DNA of 64,000 bases, taken from Octopus vulgaris (taxonomy: Eukaryota). Made by a program: the position numbers and the translations under genes. The stretch covers positions 192,448,001 to 192,512,000 of the forward strand of contig OX597814.1 of NCBI GenBank assembly GCA_951406725.2, written 5' to 3'. Under the pieces are notes generated by a model that was given only the letters and a program-made list of their open reading frames with translations, made no database searches and was not told where the DNA came from. Of the stretch, positions 58,201-64,000 are shown piece by piece; within the stretch, counting starts at the first letter, position 1, and each line of letters starts with the position of its first letter.

Positions 58201-60513
58201 AAAAGATTAAGCTACTGTTTCTAACAGGCCAAGCAGCACCTTTGTTGCATCATTGTTGTTGTTGCTGCTGTTGCTGTTGCTGTTGAGTGAACAGTCTTCG
58301 TCCCAGAGCTCGCAAGATGGGAGAAGTCCAAAACATGGTCCTTTGCTATTCGTAAGACCCGCAGAAGAGAAAGCAGGTCAACCCCCGACACCGAGAGCAT
58401 CGACGGATGGATGAATGCGCATCTAGGCTAAGCGGTTGCGTAGGAAGTCAGGGACAAGAAACAGGAAGAAAGAGTGGGAGAAAGTTGGGGTGAAAGAGTA
58501 CAACAGGGGTCGCCATCCCTACCCCCTACCGGAGCCTCGTGGAGCTTTTACGTGTTTTCACTCAATAAACACATACAACGCCCAGTCTGGGAATCGAAAC
58601 CGCAATCCTCCAACCGCGAGTCCGCTACCCTAACCACTGGGCCATTGCGCCTCCACTGCTGCTGCTGCTGTTGTTGTTTTTGTTCCCTGTATTGGCTATG
58701 ATCCATGCTTTTCCATCTTTGACCATCCTGGCTTTTTGACTGTAACCACATTATCCAACGCGGTTGCTCTTTTTTGAGATAGTAGGGTGTTATCTATGTG
58801 AGATTTGACACCTATTTCTAGCACGTAGAAGGACTCCATAGAGGATCCCTTATATCTTGGCTTTTTGTCTGTAACCACATTATCCAACGTGGTTGCTCTT
58901 TTTTGAGATAGTAGGGTGTTATCTATGTGAGATTTGACACCTATTTCTAGCAGGTAGAAGGACTCCATAGAGGATCCCTTATATTCTGGCTTTTTGTCTG
59001 TAACCACATTATCCAACGTGGTTGCTCTTTTTTGACATAATAGGGTATTATTTATGTGAGATTTGACATCTATTTCTAGCACGTAGAAGGACTCCATAGA
59101 GGATCCCTTATATCCTGGCTTTTCGTCTGTAACCACATTATCCAACGTGGTTGCCCTTTTTTGACATAATAGGGTATTATTTATGTGAGATTTGACTTCT
59201 ATTTCTAGCAGGTAGAAGGACTCCATAGAGGATCCCTTATATCCTGGCTTTTTGTCTGTAACCACATTATCCAACGTGGTTGCCCGTTTTTGACATAATA
59301 GGGTATTATTTATGTGAGATTTGACTTCTATTTCTAGCAGGTAGAAGGACTCCATAGAGGATCCCTTATCGGTTCTAGTTGTGTTGCTGCATCTACAGTT
59401 ACTGTTCATATTAAATAGCCTCAGGTACTCTGCCCAGACATGTCTATGAGTCTTGCTTGCTTGATTTAGGCTGACAGCAATTTAAGTGCCTTTGCTTTGC
59501 TTTATTTGTTCTTTTATCATTAAATCACCACTGATGCTTATGGGTGTGGACATGTAATAGTTTTGCTTGGAGAGTAACTTTCAAAAATATCAATAAGACA
59601 CTGAAATGTGAGAGCTGATGGTGCAGACACGAGTGAATGAAAGCAGAAATTTGTCCTATCACCAGATATGTGAAAATAACAATAAGAATTTCAATAGAAA
59701 AATTAATAAAGACGCAGGAGTGGCTGTGTGGTAAGTAGCTTACTTACCAGCCACATGGTTCCTGGTTCAGTCCCACTGCATGGCACCTTGGACAAGTGTC
59801 TTCTACTATAGCCTCGGGCCGACCAAAGCCTTGTGAGTGGATTTGGTAGACGGAAACTGAAAGAAGCCTGTCATATATACATATATATATATATATGTTT
59901 GTGTGTCTGTATTTGTCCCCCCCAACATCGCTTGACAACCGATGCTGGTGTGTTTACGTTCCTGTAACTTAGCGGTTCAGCAATAGAAACCAATAGAATA
60001 AGTACTAGGCTTACAAAGAATAAGTCCTGGGGTCGATTTTCTCAACTAAAGGTGGTGCTTCAGCATGGCCACAGGTCAAATGACTGAAACAAGTAAAAAA
60101 GAGTAAAGACTATATAATTGTGTTTCTAATTCTCCGAAGTCAAATTGCTTTGAGGTTTGGAGTTGAACAGTTTAAAGACAATCACCATTTCACAGAATTA
60201 CATTTCAGTCCAACAACAGCAAATGAAGGATTTATGCTCAAGTTCTTCAGTAACTTCTAATTCACAAATTCTAAAAGTATTACAGGTGCAAAAGGCATAC
60301 TCTCTTTTACTGTTTTACTCGTTTCAGTCATTTGACTGTGGCCATGCTGGAGCACCGCCTTTAGTTGAGCAAATCGACCCCACCAGGACTTATTCTTTGT
60401 AAGCTTAGTACTTATTGTATCAGTCTCTTTTGCTGAACCGCAAAGTTACGGGGGCGTAAACACACCAGCATCGGTTGTCAAGCGATGTTGGGGAGACAAA
60501 CACAGACACACAA

Positions 60514-60548
<35 letters not shown>

Positions 60549-61907
60549 AACATATATACGACAGGCTTCTTTCAGTTTCCGTCTACCAAATCCACTCACA
60601 AGGCTTTGGTTGGCCCGAGGCTATAGTAGAAGACACTTGCCCAAAGTGCCATGCAGTGGGACTGAACCCAGAACCATGTGGTTCGTAAACAAGCTACTTA
60701 CCACACAGCCACTCCTTGTGGCCAAGTGGTTAGTGTGTTGCACTCAAGATCACAAGATTGTGGTTTCAATTGTGGTTAGGCTGTGCATTGTATTCTTGAG
60801 CAAAATACTTTGTTTCACATCGCTCCAGTCAGTCCTTCTGTGTGCAATCTTGGGCAAATGTCTTTTACTATAGCCTCAAGCCAATTAAGGCCTTTGAGTA
60901 GATTTGGCAGGCAGAAATCTTTGTGTATATATGTATATGTGTGTTTGTGTTTGTGTGTGTGTGTGTGTGTGTATATAATAATAATATAAATAATATATAA
61001 ACATATGCATATATACATACATATATGTACATACTTACATCTATATGTATATATACATGCATATATGGGTACAGGACAGGAAAAAAACGTTGAACACAAT
61101 GAGAAACAAAAACATAGAAACAAACTTTTTTTCGAACAACGAAAAAAATAAACATACAACATAAAGAATATTCCCCTTCTTCAGTTGGTCCTGTTTCATC
61201 TACTCCACGTTTCGAAGGCAAGGACAAGACGCAACTTCGTTGAAACAGTCCTTCCCGCAAAGCAAATTGAATAAAATTTGGAATTTTTTGCGGAGGGTGA
61301 AAGTGGTAACAAGACGAGGACAGTGAAAACAAAACAGAGGTACCATTAGATGAGATTGGAAGTCATGTCAAGTAGAGTTATGTGGTGATTGAAGTCACTA
61401 CTGATTACTTATTATGTGTAAGTAAAATAGCAATAGAATTATTAATACTGACCTGCATATGAGCTTTCTGTTTCATATAACACCCATTCATTCATATCAA
61501 CATCATTATGGAACCAAACCGAATGATCTAATGAGGTGATGAATAATTTATCTTTAGGTGCAGTATTTGGGAGAAGTGATGTTTCAACAATGTTATCAGA
61601 AAAATATGTCAAAATGCAGCGATGGTGGTTTTGGTTTTTCTCTGAAGACAAGAAATAAAAAAAAGTGATTAAAATAGTTATTCATATGCACAGACACACA
61701 CACACAAAATGTATAGAATAAAGAAAAATGGTGGGAACAAATATTATTTACATTGCTTTTAAATTGAAGAAGGAAAACAGGTTCCCTGTCTTGGGGAAAT
61801 TTCGAACCTGGGTTCTCATATGGCATAGTGGTTAAGAGCGTGGGCTACTAACCCCAAGATTCCAAGTTCACTTCCAAGCAGTAACCTGAACACTAACAAT
61901 AATAATG

Positions 61908-61967
<60 letters not shown>

Positions 61968-63848
61968 TTGAAAAATACCTTAGGAATGACAACCCAGGTT
62001 CAAAATTTCCCCAAGACACCTGAAGAAGGTTGGAGGTTGTATCAGCCGAAACGTGTTAACAACAAACAAAATGAGGACAAATATCTGTCGAATGTAAATA
62101 ATGTATATAATTTGTCATCTCTTAAATATAGAACTGGATTGTTATGAGTTGATGCTTTTGTCAAATACAAAGTTTAGTGCCAATGATGATCAACTTTAAA
62201 TCTCTCATCCAGTAACATCATGTGCTTATGACTCACCCAGCAACAGAGGTTGGAGGGTAACAGTTAGATACATTTTCAATCAAGATCAGAGCCTAAAGAA
62301 TTGTGTTTTGGATCCTCTCTTTTGTGTGAATTTACCCTTTCATGCTTCCAATTTGAATAAAATAAGCAAGAAATTGCTTTCGAAAATGGAAGGCAACTTA
62401 TATTAAGGATGTTCAATAGATAAAGCTGTCAATAGATAATTATAGACACCTACAAGACTATATACCATCTTTCCAACAACAACCTTGGGCACCTTTTAGA
62501 ATTTGATATAGCTAACACCTGTTGACATGCTTACAAAATCAAAAAACAACACAGGACTCATGACTTCCAGAAGCATCTTTTGACATTAAGAATTGCTGAA
62601 GCATGGAATAAACTACCCACATCAGTTGTTAGCTGTTGGGACAATACATCCTTCAAAACTTCCATGCTTCCTGAAATTCACCAACAGTACACCTAATCCA
62701 ACCCCAATCTTCCTTTTTTGATGACTCATTCACAGTTCATTTCCAGTGCATTTTGCTATATACTGTTTATGCACTTTTGGCCACCTTTTCTGATGAGTTA
62801 TAGTGCACCTGAGCACTATAAACAATAGGGTCATTATTATTACTATTATTTTATAACTGTGAAGGCACATAGCTCAGTGGTTAGAGCATCAAACTTACAA
62901 TCATGAGGTCGTGAGTTCGAATCCCAGACTGGGCTGCGTGTTGTGTCTTGAGCAAGACACTTTATTTCATATTGCTCCAGTTCACTCAGCTGTAGAAATG
63001 AGTTGCGACGTCACAGGTGCCAAGCTATATCGGCCATTGCCTTTCCCTTGGATAACACTAGTGGCGTGGAGAGGGGAGGCCGGTATGGATGGGCGACTGC
63101 TGGTCTTCCATAAACAGCCTTGCCCGGACTTGTGCCTGGGAGGGTAACATTCTAGGTGCAATCCCACGGTCAATCATGACCGAAGGGGGTCTCAGCATTA
63201 AAACTGTGTCGGTGGCATGTAAAAAGCACCAACTGATCGTGGCCATTGCCAGCCTCCCCTGGCACCTGTGCCGGTGGCACGTAAAAAGCACCCACTACAC
63301 TCACGGAGTGGTTGGTGTTAGGAAGGGCATCCAGTTGTAGAAACACTGCCAGATCAGACTGGAGCCTGGTGCAGCCCCTGGCTTCCCAGACCCCGGTCGA
63401 ACCGTCCAACCCATGCTAGCATGGAAAGCGGACGTTAAACGATGATGATGATGATGATAATGATGATACTGTCATCTTAATCCAGAGAAAACATGTCAAT
63501 TGTCTATTTTATGCTTTTCAGCCTGGTTATGAATCCAATCGCAAACATGTACAGTTAGTTTCAAACATAATTTTAATGTTAAAAATACAAAAAGAAATGA
63601 AGAATTTTTCTTTATTAAAAACAGGAAAAAAATTTATAACATTTTTAATTGCCTGCAATGATTGTTTTTTTTAATGAATTCACATCTACTTACGAACTTC
63701 TCCAACATATTTCAACCATAACAATCGCTTTGGTGGTAAAGGCTTTACTCTGAACAATGTTTCGGGATCAACAGGTCGGAAATCAATGTAAGAGTCTAAA
63801 GGACGACGATAATTTAACAGCTGTTTCAAACGTTTGTCACTCACTTGA
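55176..63848 (-). CDS. ACOT8: Acyl-CoA thioesterase 8 (TesB family), last three coding exons; 5' part outside the window
   Basis: Exons 63848-63694, 61641-61453, 55273-55176, GT-AG with consistent phase. Translation ...IDFRPVDP...LLWLK...HHRCILTYFSD...TSLDHSVWFH...EWVLYETESSYAGDGTGFNTGRFWAQNGTLLASVSQQSVIRAML* follows the ACOT8/TesB C-terminal hot-dog domain. Confidence 0.92.
56032..56250. mobile_element. piggyBac-like MITE (same family as 12886)
   Basis: TTAA|CTCTTTAGCA...TGCTAAAGGG|TTAA. Confidence 0.72.
57670..57852 (-). mobile_element. Penelope-like pLTR remnant
   Basis: Carries the minimal hammerhead at 57770-57807; boundaries approximate. Confidence 0.55.
57770..57807 (-). ncRNA. Minimal type I hammerhead ribozyme motif (variant core)
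   Basis: UCUUU-CUGUUGA-A-GAGC-GUAG-GCUC-GAAA-CG-UA-AAAGA: perfect stems I and II, palindromic stem III, core A6 replaced by U. Confidence 0.6.
58724..59369. repeat. 129-bp minisatellite, 5 units
   Basis: gaggatccct recurs at 58841, 58970, 59099, 59228 and 59357. Confidence 0.95.
61453..61641 (-). CDS. ACOT8: ACOT8 penultimate exon (KNQNHHRCILTYFSD...SLDHSVWFH...ESSYA)
   Basis: cttcag acceptor, gtcagt donor, phase 1 to 1; SLDHSxWFH motif. Confidence 0.93.
61787..62135 (+). mobile_element. tRNA-headed SINE-like element with a hammerhead-type tail and inverted terminal duplication
   Basis: A box TGGCATAGTGG at 61821, degenerate B box, (AAT)n, CTGAAGA..GAAA hammerhead core at 62020-62051, 33-bp inverted repeat at 61787-61819 / 61986-62018. 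Confidence 0.6.
62859..63193 (+). mobile_element. tRNA-derived SINE family E (full length)
   Basis: A box tagctcagtgg, B box gagttcgaatccc, CORE-like gtgtcttgagcaagacacttt. Other copies at 20282-20617 (-, TSD actgtcaaatgt) and 13865-14092 (-). Confidence 0.85.
63694..63848 (-). CDS. ACOT8: ACOT8 internal exon (QVSDKRLKQLLNYRRPLDSYIDFRPVDPETLFRVKPLPPKRLLWLKYVGEV)
   Basis: Minus-strand ttgcag acceptor and gtaagt donor, phase 2 to 1. Confidence 0.88.
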
Positions 63849-64000
63849 CTGCAATAAATAAATAAACAAATAAATGAATAAATAAATAAAGGGAAATTTC
63901 AAAAGTACAGTGATTGCACAAGAAAGCATGAGAACTTCATCTATGCATTATTAATTAGTTGGAATAAGTAAAGGGGCTTGGAATCTTACTTCAAATTCAT

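Noticed and set aside
61165-61270. Hammerhead-like pieces on minus (ccttc-GAAA-CGTG...CTGAAGA-AGGGG) in a pLTR-like AT-rich block
   Set aside because: The core halves are in the wrong order or degenerate, and the cleavage position would be G; at best a dead remnant.
62785-62825. ctgatga followed by a hairpin
   Set aside because: This is the CR1 3' terminal stem-loop; there is no GAAA or stem III.
62859-62935. tRNA gene candidates at SINE heads (also 15548 and 61820)
   Set aside because: They have A and B boxes but no proper acceptor stem, and they continue into SINE bodies.

Overview
AT-rich, repeat-saturated eukaryotic DNA. The SINE repertoire and microsatellites resemble an Octopus (coleoid cephalopod) genome; this is recognised from memory, not searched. 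Three protein-coding genes were rebuilt by hand from GT-AG splice sites and reading-frame phase. (1) An 11-coding-exon C2orf81/DUF4639-like gene on + (2244-30815, 433 aa). (2) A single-coding-exon OXLD1 on - (33758-34297). (3) The last three coding exons of an ACOT8/TesB-type acyl-CoA thioesterase on - (55176-63848; the gene continues past the window). Nearly all other ORFs in the track come from SINEs or microsatellites. The rest is at least five SINE-like families (arbitrarily labelled A-E here), RTE, CR1-like and R4/Dong-like LINE remnants, a decayed full-length mariner, TTAA-flanked MITEs, Helitrons, solo LTRs and foldback elements. The most notable signals are Penelope-type minimal hammerhead ribozyme motifs, one inside a tRNA-headed SINE-like element with an inverted terminal duplication, and evidence that SINE-A inserts at a GGTATTT motif it carries itself, which would explain its perfect 184-bp tandem array.
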